A DNA stretch of 64,000 nt from Nitrospirota bacterium (GTDB taxonomy: Bacteria; Nitrospirota; UBA9217): assembly GCA_963790205.1 (NCBI GenBank), contig CAWBNQ010000003.1:160001-224000 (forward strand), written 5' to 3'. Position 1 is the stretch's first letter; every line of letters begins with the position of its first letter. Below, one piece after another: positions 1 through 12,204 of this stretch. The notes beneath the pieces were generated by a model, which did not search any database, was not told the DNA's origin, and was given only the letters and a program-made list of their open reading frames with translations. Both the position numbers and the translations under genes were made by a program.

Positions 1-376
1 GGTCGTGGTCGTGGGGGGCGAGAATTACGGCCAGGGGTCGAGCAGGGAACATGCTGCGCTGGCACCGAGGTATCTGGGCGTCCGGGCGAAAATCGTAAAG
101 AGCTTTGCCCGCATTCACAAGTCCAATCTCTGCAATTTCGGCATCCTGCCGCTTACCTTCAAGGACCCGAAGGACTACGACCGCATTGCGCAGGGCGCGA
201 GGATGGCGTTTCCCGATGTGCGCAAGCGCATCGAGAAAGGCGAGCGGGAGATCCCGGTCGAGGTTGACGGAAAAACGATCATGACGGCCCTGGATGTCTC
301 GGACCGGCAAAGAAAGCATCTGCTCGCAGGAGGGACGCTCAATTTTGTGAAGAAAGAACTGCTCGTGGAGGTTTAG
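1..376 (+). CDS. Aconitate hydratase, C-terminal swivel domain (5' partial)
   Basis: [14 protein letters not shown] and KSFARIH..NL.NFGILPL motifs; directly upstream of citrate synthase. Confidence 0.92.
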   Translation, partial: VVVVGGENYGQGSSREHAALAPRYLGVRAKIVKSFARIHKSNLCNFGILPLTFKDPKDYDRIAQGARMAFPDVRKRIEKGEREIPVEVDGKTIMTALDVSDRQRKHLLAGGTLNFVKKELLVEV

Positions 377-435
377 TTATCCAAACTTCGATTTGAAATC
401 TGGATTTTGTGGTTTCCTCCAAAGGAAGGTTGTTT

Positions 436-1659
436 ATGGCACTGAAAGCACAAATAAGAGAGCTCAGGCAGGAAAAGCCTGACGCCGATAATACTACAAA
501 GAACAAAGGCCTGAGGGGAGTGACGGTAGCGGACACGAAGATCTCCGACGTGGACGGAGAGAACGGCGTCCTTATCTACCGCGGGTACCGGATCGAAGAG
601 CTTGCGAAAAATTCGACCTTCGAGGAGACGGCGTATCTGCTTTTACACGACGCCTTGCCCACGGCAGGGCAGCTTGCGGAGTTCTCGCGCGGGCTCGTCG
701 ATGCCCGGCGTTTGCCGGGTTTTGTTCTCGAAATCCTCAAACGGCTGCCTGCGCAGGCCCGGCCCATGGATGTGCTCCAGGCATCGGTGCCGCTCTTGGC
801 GACGGCCGACCCGGACCTGAGCCTGGAGACGCGCGAGGCGAACGTCGCAAAGGCCGTGCGGCTCATCGCTCGGGTCGCAGGGATTGTTTCTTCCTGGCAC
901 CGGGTCCGGAACGGCCTCGAACCGCTTCCCTCCGATGACGCGCTTGCTCATGCCGGAAACTTTCTCTGGCAGCTCACGGGAAAGAAGCCCGACGCTGAGA
1001 CGGAGCGCGACCTGGACATCGCGCTGGTTCTCCATGCGGACCATTCCTTCAATGCCTCGACTTTCGCCTGCCGCGAGGTGGTTTCGACGCAAGCGCACAT
1101 GTACGCGGGCGTGGCCGCGGGCGTGGGGGCGCTCTCCGGTAGCCTGCACGGCGGCGCGAATGCGCAGGTCATGAAGATGCTTACGGAGCTGCAGGATGAG
1201 AAGGACGTTTCCGGCTGGGTGAGAAAACAGCTCGACAGCGGCCAGAAGATCATGGGCATGGGCCACGCGGTGTACAAGACCACGGACCCCCGGGCGAAGT
1301 TTCTCAAGGAGATGGGCCTGAGACTTGGTCAGAAGTTGCGTGAAGAGCAGTGGTATCGCCTTTCAACCCAGATCGAGGAGACCGCGGTCTCCGAGCTCGA
1401 GAAGCGGGGCAAGACCACGATCAAGCCGAACGTCGACTTCTACAGCGCGCCGGTCTATCACTTGATGGGCATCCCGGGGGACCTCATGACCCCTGTCTTC
1501 GCCGTGGCGCGGGTCTCCGGCTGGACCGCCCATATTATCGAAGAGAAGTTCGGCGAGGCGCAGGAAAAGCCGGCGCTCTACCGTCCGTCGTCGGATTACA
1601 TCGGCAACTACTGCGGCAAGACGGGATGCGTCTATGAACCGATAGAACAAAGGAAGTAA
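436..1659 (+). CDS. Citrate (or 2-methylcitrate) synthase
   Basis: GLRGV, LIYRGY, LHADHSFNAST, GSLHGGAN, IMGMGHAVYK.DPR and PNVDFYS motifs; ATG at 436 after AAGGAAGG. Confidence 0.95.
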   Translation: MALKAQIRELRQEKPDADNTTKNKGLRGVTVADTKISDVDGENGVLIYRGYRIEELAKNSTFEETAYLLLHDALPTAGQLAEFSRGLVDARRLPGFVLEILKRLPAQARPMDVLQASVPLLATADPDLSLETREANVAKAVRLIARVAGIVSSWHRVRNGLEPLPSDDALAHAGNFLWQLTGKKPDAETERDLDIALVLHADHSFNASTFACREVVSTQAHMYAGVAAGVGALSGSLHGGANAQVMKMLTELQDEKDVSGWVRKQLDSGQKIMGMGHAVYKTTDPRAKFLKEMGLRLGQKLREEQWYRLSTQIEETAVSELEKRGKTTIKPNVDFYSAPVYHLMGIPGDLMTPVFAVARVSGWTAHIIEEKFGEAQEKPALYRPSSDYIGNYCGKTGCVYEPIEQRK

Positions 1660-1757
1660 GAAAAATCTTGGGGGATGTTTTACCGCAGAGGACACAGAGT
1701 TTAAGATTGGGTATGCGGGAATGAAAGATTATAGAAATAAGCTTCAGGAGGATGCAG

Positions 1758-3263
1758 ATGGCAACTAAAAAAGCAAAGGTCCAGGCACGCCGAGTGAAGA
1801 AAGGAGCAGCCCGTTCCAAACCGCGGCGTTCCGCGTCCTCCTCGCAGGGGGTGAAAAAAATGAAAGTCAGCTCATTGAAATCGTTTAAAGAAAAAAAGAT
1901 GAAGATCCAGTCGATCAATCCCTTTACTGAAGAGGTGATGCAGGAGTTCACGCTCATGACGAAACCTGAGATCAACGAACAGGTCGAGAAGTCCCGCAAA
2001 GCGTTCAATAGCTGGAGGAACCTCTCTGTTTCCGAGAGGGCGATCATGATCAAGAATCTGGCCGCGCATCTGAGGGCCGAGAAGCGGAAATACGCCGAGT
2101 TCATGACCCGCGAGATGGGCAAGGCCGTCAAAGAGTCGCTGGCCGAGGTTGAGAAGTGCGCCTGGCTCTGCGACTACTATGCCGAGAACGCGGAGCGGTT
2201 CCTGAAACCCGAGGAGATCAAGACGGAAAATAAGAAGAGCTATGTCATGTTCCAGCCCCTCGGGGTGGTGCTCGCGATCATGCCCTGGAACTTCCCGTAC
2301 TGGCAGGCCTTCCGGTTCGGCATCCCCGCGATCGCGGCCGGGAACGTGGTCCTGTTGAAGCATGCCTCGAACGTGCCGCAGACGGCGCTTTCCATCGAGG
2401 ACGCCTTCAAGGCGGCAGGTTTTCCGGACAGCGTGTTCAAGACCCTGATCATCGATTCAAAGGAAGCGCTCAAGCTCATTGATAACGATCAGGTAGACGC
2501 CGTGTCGCTTACCGGCAGCAACAAGGCAGGCGAGGAAGTCGGCGCTCACTCAGGGAGAAAGATCAAGAAGGTCGTGCTCGAGCTCGGCGGCTCCGATCCC
2601 TTCATCGTGCTCGATGACGCCGACATTGAAAAGGCGGGCAGGATGGCGGTGAGCGCGCGGATGATCAACGCCGGCCAGAGCTGCATCGCGGCAAAGCGTT
2701 TTATCGTGATGGATAAGGTCGCCGAGGAGTTCAAAAAACATTTTATCGCGCGGCTTAAAGAGCTGAAGATCGGAGATCCCATGAATGAGACTACGGACGT
2801 CGGGCCGGTGGCGAGAAAGGACATCCTCGATTCCCTGAACGAGCAGCTTAAGGACGCGAAGGCCAAAGGCGCGGAGATCGTGCAGATAGACCACGTTTTT
2901 AAGAAAGGGCTGTTTTTCGCGCCCAGCGTCGTATATAATCCGAAGCGCAACATGAAGGTCCTGACCGAGGAGGTGTTCGGTCCGATCGCTCCGATCATCA
3001 CCGTGAAGAATGAGGAGGAGGCTGTCAAGATAGCGAACGATACCGAGTACGGCCTTGGGTGCTCCATTTGGAGCAGCAACACGGAGCGGGCGGAAAGACT
3101 TGCCGCCAGGATCGAGACCGGGACCGTGGCCATCAACGACATGGTGAAATCCGATCCGCGGCTGCCCTTCGGCGGCGTCAAGAAGTCGGGCATCGGCCGC
3201 GAGCTGTCGCATTTCGGGCTGAGGGAGTTCGTGAACGTCAAGACTGTGGCGGTGAGAGAATGA
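1758..3263 (+). CDS. NAD(P)-dependent aldehyde dehydrogenase, succinate-semialdehyde dehydrogenase-like
   Basis: IMPWNFP, LKHAS, TGS, LELGGSDP, NAGQSC, EEVFGP, PFGGVKKSGIGRE; start uncertain (1752/1758/1860/1899). Confidence 0.92.
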   Translation: MATKKAKVQARRVKKGAARSKPRRSASSSQGVKKMKVSSLKSFKEKKMKIQSINPFTEEVMQEFTLMTKPEINEQVEKSRKAFNSWRNLSVSERAIMIKNLAAHLRAEKRKYAEFMTREMGKAVKESLAEVEKCAWLCDYYAENAERFLKPEEIKTENKKSYVMFQPLGVVLAIMPWNFPYWQAFRFGIPAIAAGNVVLLKHASNVPQTALSIEDAFKAAGFPDSVFKTLIIDSKEALKLIDNDQVDAVSLTGSNKAGEEVGAHSGRKIKKVVLELGGSDPFIVLDDADIEKAGRMAVSARMINAGQSCIAAKRFIVMDKVAEEFKKHFIARLKELKIGDPMNETTDVGPVARKDILDSLNEQLKDAKAKGAEIVQIDHVFKKGLFFAPSVVYNPKRNMKVLTEEVFGPIAPIITVKNEEEAVKIANDTEYGLGCSIWSSNTERAERLAARIETGTVAINDMVKSDPRLPFGGVKKSGIGRELSHFGLREFVNVKTVAVRE

Positions 3264-3384
3264 CAGAAGAAGCAGAGGACGAGGGACGAGAGACGAGAGA
3301 CGAACGAGGCGATTGTTCGTCCGTCGTCCGAGCGAGCAACGCGAGCGGTCGTCCATCGTCCTTCGTTTGCTACGGGGAGTCAGC

Positions 3385-5019
3385 ATGAAAGCATCCGACC
3401 TGTTCGTTCGTCAGCTGGAAGAGGAAGGAGTTGAATATATCTTCGGCCTTCCCGGCGAGGAGAACCTCGATTTCCTCGAATCGCTGCGCACGTCGAAGAT
3501 CAAGCTGATCATCACGCGCCACGAGCAGACGGCGGCGTTCATGGCCGCTACCTACGGCAGGCTTACCGGAAAGGCGGGGGTCTGCTTCTCCACGCTCGGA
3601 CCGGGGGCCACGAACCTCATGACGGGCGTGGCGCACGCGCAGCTCATCGGCGCGCCGTTCGTCTCCATTTCGGGACAGAAGGCGATCCGGGAGAACCGTC
3701 AGGCGCGGTTCCAGCTCATCGACGTCGTCAGCATGATGAGGCCGATCACCAAGGATGCGGTTTCCATCGTCGACCCCGGGACCATTCCGACGGTCCTCAG
3801 GAACGCATTCAAGCTCGCCCAGGCGGAGCGGCCGGGCGCAGTGCACGTGGAACTTCCCGAGGATGTCGCGGCGAGCCAGACCGACGCCACGATCCAGCAG
3901 CCGGGCCTCGTCCGGAGGCCCGCGCCCGATCCCAAGGCCCTCATCCGGGCGGCCAACCTGATCAACCGCTCGAAGAACCCGCTCGTCATCCTGTCGTCGG
4001 GCGCGAACCGGAATATGATCACGCGCCAGCTCATGCAGTTCATCGAAAACACGGGCATCTATGCCGTGCACACCCAGATGGGCAAAGGCGTGCTCTCCGA
4101 CCTCTCCATGTACAGCCTCTATGCGGCCGGCATTCACGGCCGGGACTACGTCAACTGCGGCATCGATCGGGCGGACCTGATCATCACCATCGGGTACAAC
4201 ATCGTCGAATATCCCCCCTATGTCTGGAACCGGGGCCTCGACAAGAGGATCATCAACATCGACTTCGTCGAGGCGGAGGTCGACAAGTATTTCAACCCGG
4301 ACATCGAAGTGGTCGGCGACATCGCCGGCTCGCTCCTGCAACTGGGAGAGCTGGTCGAGACCCGGAAAAACGGAGACATATTCAGGGCCATGCGCACGTT
4401 CCTGAACAAGAAGCTTTCCCTCGATACGAAGAAACACTATCCCTTGACGCCGAAGGAAGTCGTGTACCAGGTGCGTTCCGTGCTGTCTCATGAAGACATC
4501 GTGACCCTGGACAACGGCATTTATAAGCTGTGGTTCTCGAGGCTCTACCGGACCTACAAACCAAACACGTTTCTCCTGGACAACGCCCTGGCGACCATGG
4601 GAGCCGGGCTCCCGGCCGCCATTGCCGCGAAGATGGTTTGCCCCGACCGCAAAGTGCTTGCCGTGGTGGGTGACGGCGGATTCATGATGAACTCCCGGGA
4701 GATCGAGACGGCGCTTCGCTGCAACACGCCCGTGGTCGTCCTCATCCTGAACGACAATGCCTACGGGTTCATTAAATGGGAGCAGCAGGCCAAGGGGTTC
4801 GCGGATTTCGGGCTCGACTACAAGAACCCCGACTTTGTGAAGTACGCGGAGAGCTACGGGGCCGCGGGCATGAAGGTGGGGAAGGACGATTCGTTGTCGG
4901 AAGCGCTACGCAAGGCGTTTTCACTCGATACGGTCGTCCTGGTCGAATGTCCGATCGACTATTCCGTAAATTACGAAACCTTTTCACGCGAGTTGTCGAA
5001 CATCGTTTGCGATATCTGA
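3385..5019 (+). CDS. Acetolactate synthase large subunit-like TPP enzyme
   Basis: FGLPGEEN, RHEQ.AAFMA, TLGPGATN, GDGGFMMN...ND.AYG TPP motif. Confidence 0.92.
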   Translation: MKASDLFVRQLEEEGVEYIFGLPGEENLDFLESLRTSKIKLIITRHEQTAAFMAATYGRLTGKAGVCFSTLGPGATNLMTGVAHAQLIGAPFVSISGQKAIRENRQARFQLIDVVSMMRPITKDAVSIVDPGTIPTVLRNAFKLAQAERPGAVHVELPEDVAASQTDATIQQPGLVRRPAPDPKALIRAANLINRSKNPLVILSSGANRNMITRQLMQFIENTGIYAVHTQMGKGVLSDLSMYSLYAAGIHGRDYVNCGIDRADLIITIGYNIVEYPPYVWNRGLDKRIINIDFVEAEVDKYFNPDIEVVGDIAGSLLQLGELVETRKNGDIFRAMRTFLNKKLSLDTKKHYPLTPKEVVYQVRSVLSHEDIVTLDNGIYKLWFSRLYRTYKPNTFLLDNALATMGAGLPAAIAAKMVCPDRKVLAVVGDGGFMMNSREIETALRCNTPVVVLILNDNAYGFIKWEQQAKGFADFGLDYKNPDFVKYAESYGAAGMKVGKDDSLSEALRKAFSLDTVVLVECPIDYSVNYETFSRELSNIVCDI

Positions 5020-5041
5020 GGGTACAATTTTATCGGGAAAT

Positions 5042-5448
5042 AATTAAGTCCTTACAGAATCTGCATCCGATGGGAAGAAATCGAGGCCCGGATTCTCCAG
5101 CAGCATGACTGCGATGATGACGAAGTCATCCCATTTTCGGACCAGCTATAATCTTTCCGTCGTCGGATCGCTCTTACGGACGATAACGTCGATCTGCATA
5201 CCGCTCCGGTTTTCGTTCGCGATGATTTCATCCAGTTCCTGTCGCTCCTTTTTGAGAAGACGCCGGTAGTCCTTTTCCAGGTTCGGAAGCGGGATGTTCC
5301 GCCTTTCAATCCCGAAAGGATCATGTATTACGTGAATAACGGAAAGCTTGGCCCCATATCGTTTGGCCAATGATACGCCGTAATGCACGGCAACCTTACA
5401 GTATTTGGTCATTCTGCTCACGACAGGAACAGGTTTAACATCTTCCAT
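5042..5448 (-). pseudogene. Universal stress protein, degraded, with premature TAG at 5146-5148
   Basis: AVHYGVSLAKRYGAKLSVIHVIH...VIVRKSDP is USP-like; the frame stops early and the read-through (LVRKWDDFVIIAV...) lacks the G-S motif. Confidence 0.65.
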
Positions 5449-5604
5449 GGCCTGCAACCTTTTTGATTTTTTATTCATGCCTTACAAAGATGAAGCTTAA
5501 CGTTATCCTGGAATAGAGAATATCCGGATAGCAGCCGATGGCGCCCAGTCCGCCCACAATAGCACCTCTTCCAGTGCGTCAATTTTATTTGGATCAGTCG
5601 CAGG

Positions 5605-7515
<1,911 letters not shown>

Positions 7516-7580
7516 CGGTCTATTATAGCACAGGCTTCAGGGCGTGCGGTGATGCCTTGTACTATATTTAACTTGCAATT

Positions 7581-7600
7581 CCCCGCAGCTTGCTGCGGGG
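7581..7600. repeat. 20-bp GC-rich palindrome CCCCGCAGC-TT-GCTGCGGGG (REP-like)
   Basis: Perfect 9-bp arms, intergenic upstream of ftsH. Confidence 0.5.
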
Positions 7601-8017
7601 TCACCTTATGTGTTAAGCTCGGAGCGTGAAAGAGCGAACTAAGGTAAACAAGGGAAACCACTGTGCTATTTGAATTTACGTTAGACGTCATTGTCTGCTA
7701 ATTTAACGATTTTATTGTTCGGAGCAGAAAAAAGTAATAATTTTGATAGTATCTGACTTTTTTCGGGCTATAATTAAATCAAGAACTTAGGTTGTTGAAT
7801 TGTAAAAACTTAATGGTCAGACGAAAAATTTGAAGAGCGAAGAAATCACCTATGACGAACCCATAAAAAAGTTAAATGTTCACGCGGAGGCACGGAGCAC
7901 ACGAAGAAAATCCTATTGATGATGACAGGTTATCTCTTGGTGACTTCGTGGCTTAGTGTGAGACAAGACTTTTCCCGACGTTATCAATTATAAACTCGTA
8001 AAAAGAGGGAGGTCAAC

Positions 8018-8266
8018 ATGATTACCGCATTCGTGCTCATTACCGTCCCCAGCAAGCGTTCCGGCGAGGTCGTGGAAGCGCTCCGCAAGCATCCCGAGGT
8101 CCAGGAAGCGGCCGCCGTCTACGGCGACACGGACATCATCGTCAAGGTACAAGCGCCCTCCCTGATCGAGCTTGACCAGGTGATCATGGACGGCATCCAA
8201 GGGAGCCCGGATGTGAAGACAACGCGCACCTATCTTGTTGTCGAAAAACTGCACTGGAAACGGTAG
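8018..8266 (+). CDS. Lrp/AsnC ligand-binding-domain protein
   Basis: AFVLI...VYGDTDIIVKV...V.TTRT pattern, 82 aa, GGGAGG RBS. Confidence 0.88.
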   Translation: MITAFVLITVPSKRSGEVVEALRKHPEVQEAAAVYGDTDIIVKVQAPSLIELDQVIMDGIQGSPDVKTTRTYLVVEKLHWKR

Positions 8267-8652
8267 TCCCGCGCCCTTTCCTAGTCGGTCGAGTTCCACC
8301 TTCGACCTCAATTGGGAAGAAGGGAAGAGCCGCGCGGAGACACGAAGAACGACGGAAACATTGAAGCGTTCGCAGGAACAGGAACAGTCTCTGTCGAAAG
8401 CGAATGGTGGGTACAAATGTCATGGCGCTGATTCTTATCCGGTCTGCTGGCCCGGCGGTGCTAAAAAAACAAAGAGGAGAAGTAAATAGCGGTCCGCGAG
8501 TCAGCAGGGTATGTGCACCTGTCCTTAATCAGCATATAGTATATCCAGCCTGCCCCCTCAAAACAATTATCTCTTCCGGAACAGAGAAATATTTGAATCA
8601 TGACCGGCGCCGTGCTATCATAATGCATCACCGAAGGGAGAGGAGCTTTTTC

Positions 8653-9285
8653 ATGAAAACGGAAGAACGCAGGGATTTCGACAAAGAAGCCGCCGCCTGG
8701 GACGAGAACCCGGGCAGGGTCAGGCTCGCTCATGACGTGGCGGCTGCAATTATCAGGGAGGCCGGGCCAACCGGAGAAATGGACGTTTTGGACTTCGGCT
8801 GCGGGACCGGCCTGGTCACCCTGCGTCTCCAGCCCCTGGTCAGAACCATTACCGGCGCAGACAGTTCGAAGGGCATGCTCGGCGTGCTGGAAGGAAAGGT
8901 GGCGGCGCAGGGGCTTGCGAACGTACGGACGCGGGCGATCGATTTTGAGAAGGGCGAGCGCATCGACGGGAAATTCCATCTTGTGGTGAGCAGCATGACC
9001 ATGCACCATGTGCCGGACACGGCCGCCCTGTTCAGGCAGTGGTACGACTTGCTCTACCCGGGCGGCATGCTGGCCGCAGCGGACCTCGATACCGAAGACG
9101 GCTCGTTTCATGGAGACAATACCGGCGTGTTTCATTTCGGCCTCGATCGTGAAAACCTGAAGGCGCTTCTGCTTAAGACCGGCTTTCATGACGTCCGCGC
9201 GGTCACTGCCGCGACGATGATGAGGGACGTCGCAGGCGGCGGGAAGCGGGAGTTCCCGGTGTTTTTGCTTGTGGGCAGGAAATAA
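8653..9285 (+). CDS. Class I SAM-dependent methyltransferase
   Basis: VLDFGCGTG, GADSS.GML, MTMHHV, LYPGG; GAGGAG RBS before 8653. Confidence 0.9.
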   Translation: MKTEERRDFDKEAAAWDENPGRVRLAHDVAAAIIREAGPTGEMDVLDFGCGTGLVTLRLQPLVRTITGADSSKGMLGVLEGKVAAQGLANVRTRAIDFEKGERIDGKFHLVVSSMTMHHVPDTAALFRQWYDLLYPGGMLAAADLDTEDGSFHGDNTGVFHFGLDRENLKALLLKTGFHDVRAVTAATMMRDVAGGGKREFPVFLLVGRK

Positions 9286-9410
9286 CCGTCCCCCTCGCCT
9301 CGGTCCTCTCTCCGGGAGGGAGGGAATAAAAAGTTCCCGTGCCCCAGGGGAGAAGGTCGGGATGATCGCCGATTTGCCGGTCATGTGCCCGGCCCAAGAC
9401 AAAGATACCT

Positions 9411-10514
9411 ATGCTCGAACCCATCATCTCACAGTTTTCCATTCCCGGAACGATGATCAAGACCGGACGCTTCGGCTCCGGGCTGATCAACGACACCTAT
9501 CTCTGCGAGTTCAGCGAGGCGGATGAAACGCGCAAGTACATTCTTCAGCGCATCAATACCGCGGTGTTCAGGCGGCCGGAACAGGTGATGGAGAACGTGG
9601 ACGTCGTGACGACCCATATCGCGGACCGGCTCCGCGCGCTGGGTGTGAGCGACCCCTACAGTGTCACGCCCGCGCTCATTCGCGCCCGCGACCACGCATC
9701 GTACCATCGGGACGCCTCGGGCGCGTACTGGAGGATGTTTCATTTTATCGAATCGGGCGTTGTCCTCGACAGCGTCACCGATGCCGGCCACGCTTACGAA
9801 GTAGGCCGCGGGCTCGGCAGGTTCCAGTTCCTGGTCTCGGACCTTGAGCCCGGGAAACTTCACGACACGCTTCCGGGCTTTCACCATACACCGGAATATC
9901 TCGTCGAATACGATGAGGCCCTCAAGAAGGACGGCAGGGGGCGGGCGTCGGAGGCGGGCGCTGAAGCGGCCTTCGTCTCGCGCAGGAAGGCCCTTGCGCC
10001 GCTTCTTACGGACCTCATGAACCGGGGAGAGCTCCCGCTTCGCGTCGTGCATAACGACCCCAAAGTCAATAATTTCATGATCCACAAGACTACGCGCGAA
10101 GCCCTGTGCATGCTCGATCTGGATACGGTGAAGCCCGGGATCGCGCTCTTCGACTTCGGCGATTGCGTGCGCTCGGCGGCAAATCCCGCCGGTGAGGACG
10201 CGAAAGACCTCAACACCGTGACGTTCGACCTGCCGCTCTTCGAGGCCGTGACGCGCGGGTATTTGCGCGAGGCCGGCGCGTTCCTCACAAAAAAAGAGAT
10301 CGAGCTGCTCCCCGCGTCGGTCAAGGTCATTACCTTCGAGCTCGGGATCCGCTTTCTCGCCGACTACTTCCGAGGCGACACCTATTTCAAGATCAGGTAT
10401 CCGGCCCACAACCTCCACCGCGCCAGGGTGCAGTTCAAGCTTCTCGAAAGCATCGAGGCGGCGGAAGAGCGGATGGTTTCCATTGTACGGGACATCGTGA
10501 GATACGAATCATAA
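9411..10514 (+). CDS. Aminoglycoside-phosphotransferase-family kinase (N-acetylhexosamine kinase-like)
   Basis: GLINDTY, YILQRIN, HNDPKVNN, DLDTV.PG, DFGD.VRS. Confidence 0.85.
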   Translation: MLEPIISQFSIPGTMIKTGRFGSGLINDTYLCEFSEADETRKYILQRINTAVFRRPEQVMENVDVVTTHIADRLRALGVSDPYSVTPALIRARDHASYHRDASGAYWRMFHFIESGVVLDSVTDAGHAYEVGRGLGRFQFLVSDLEPGKLHDTLPGFHHTPEYLVEYDEALKKDGRGRASEAGAEAAFVSRRKALAPLLTDLMNRGELPLRVVHNDPKVNNFMIHKTTREALCMLDLDTVKPGIALFDFGDCVRSAANPAGEDAKDLNTVTFDLPLFEAVTRGYLREAGAFLTKKEIELLPASVKVITFELGIRFLADYFRGDTYFKIRYPAHNLHRARVQFKLLESIEAAEERMVSIVRDIVRYES

Positions 10515-10608
10515 GCGGCATCCGCCGGGGGCCTTTGCCTGCCGCAAACTCCTTCTGTCGGCCGCCGATTTTTAATGCCAATTCTCCCTTTACCTGCCCC
10601 GCCTCTCT

Positions 10609-12123
10609 GTGCTAATATACCTTCCCGTGAGTCCTATTCAACCAACGATCATTCCCCGCTCGGAACATGCCGTTTCCCGCAAGTGGATCAGCCCCAACGC
10701 CGTCCGCGTGCTCTACAAGCTTAAAGAAAAAGGCTACTTCTCCTACCTCGTGGGCGGCGGCGTGCGCGACCTGCTGCTCGGCCGGGAGCCCAAGGATTTC
10801 GATATCGCAACGGACGCCACGCCGAACGAGATCAAAAGAATATTCCGCAACTGCCGCCTCATCGGAAAGCGGTTCCGCCTTGCCCACATCCATTTCCATA
10901 ACGAGATCATAGAGGTCGCCACGTTCCGGTCCTCGTCAACAGATGAACCTAATGCGGAGGTTAAGGCTGAGGTTAAGACGGCGGCACCGGAGCTTGTCCC
11001 GCTTTTGCCTGAAGGCGATGCCGCACCTGCCGGGACGCCGGCGGCAGTCGCCGTGGCGAGACCCCGCCCGCCGCGCATGCTCAAGACCGAGGACGGCATG
11101 ATCCTCCGGGACAACGTTTTCGGCACGCCGGAGGAGGACGCTCTCAGGCGCGACTTCACGGTGAACGCGCTCTTTTACAGCATCGCGGATTACTCGGTGA
11201 TCGATTATGTGGGCGGCATGCGGGACCTCCGAAGCGGGCTTATCCGCATCATCGGCGATCCCGTTGTCCGCTTCACCGAGGACCCGGTGCGGATGGTGCG
11301 CGCGGCGCGTTTCGCCGCCGTGCTCGGGTTCGAGATCGAGGAAGGCACGAGCCGCGCCCTTCTCGAACTGAAGGACCGGGTCGCCCTGGCATCGCCCTCC
11401 CGGATGTACGAAGAAGTGCTCAAGCTCTTCCTGCTCGGCGAGGGGGAAAAAACCTATCAGCTGCTCAGAAAGACCGGGCTCTTCGGCGTCATCTTCCCGC
11501 GGTTGAACGAATGGGTCGACACGGAGCGGGAAGGATTTCCGCATATCTGGATCGGCAAGGCGCTTGAGTGGGTGGATGCCTGCGTGCAGGCCGGCAGGCC
11601 GGCGCCGCCGCATATTCTCTTCTCGCTCCTGTTCGGGCAATATATCGAGGAAAAGGCCGCGGAGCTCAAGGCGTCGGGCGCGCCGGCGCTGGACGCCGCG
11701 ACCAGGGCGGTGGCCGGGGTCCTCGCGGAGCAGGCGCAGCGGGTGCAGATACCGAAGAAGATAGGCCTTGCCATGCGCGACATCTACTGGAACCAGCAGC
11801 GGTTCACAAAGCGCGAAGGAAAATATCCCCGCTATTTCCTGCGCAGGCCGGGGTTTGCCGACGCCTGGGAGTATTTTCGCTTCACCAGCGAAGTGACCGG
11901 CGAAAACCAGGAACTCCGCGCCTGGTGGAAGGGGTTCATCAAGGCCAATCCGCTTACTCCGGGCGAGGAAAAAGAGGTCCAAAAGGGCGCTGAAAGAAAA
12001 GCGAGACCCAAGCGGCGCAGGCGGAGACGGGGCGGCAAGAGCGCCCCGGAAGTTCGAGGTCAGGGGAAAAAGGAATTTTCACCACAGGGTGGTGACCGGA
12101 ATAAACCGGAAAACAAAACCTGA
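10609..12123 (+). CDS. pcnB: Poly(A) polymerase I
   Basis: VGGGVRD, DFDIAT, PAP signature LIGKRFRLAHI, RRDFTVNAL, EDPVRM, Arg-rich tail; start uncertain. Confidence 0.92.
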   Translation: MLIYLPVSPIQPTIIPRSEHAVSRKWISPNAVRVLYKLKEKGYFSYLVGGGVRDLLLGREPKDFDIATDATPNEIKRIFRNCRLIGKRFRLAHIHFHNEIIEVATFRSSSTDEPNAEVKAEVKTAAPELVPLLPEGDAAPAGTPAAVAVARPRPPRMLKTEDGMILRDNVFGTPEEDALRRDFTVNALFYSIADYSVIDYVGGMRDLRSGLIRIIGDPVVRFTEDPVRMVRAARFAAVLGFEIEEGTSRALLELKDRVALASPSRMYEEVLKLFLLGEGEKTYQLLRKTGLFGVIFPRLNEWVDTEREGFPHIWIGKALEWVDACVQAGRPAPPHILFSLLFGQYIEEKAAELKASGAPALDAATRAVAGVLAEQAQRVQIPKKIGLAMRDIYWNQQRFTKREGKYPRYFLRRPGFADAWEYFRFTSEVTGENQELRAWWKGFIKANPLTPGEEKEVQKGAERKARPKRRRRRRGGKSAPEVRGQGKKEFSPQGGDRNKPENKT

Positions 12124-12204
12124 AGCACCTGAGATGTCTTGATCAACCCGTTCTATTTCTTTTGTCTCACCCCCGTGTTCTCTGTGGTTAAAAAGGTATC
12201 AGCT

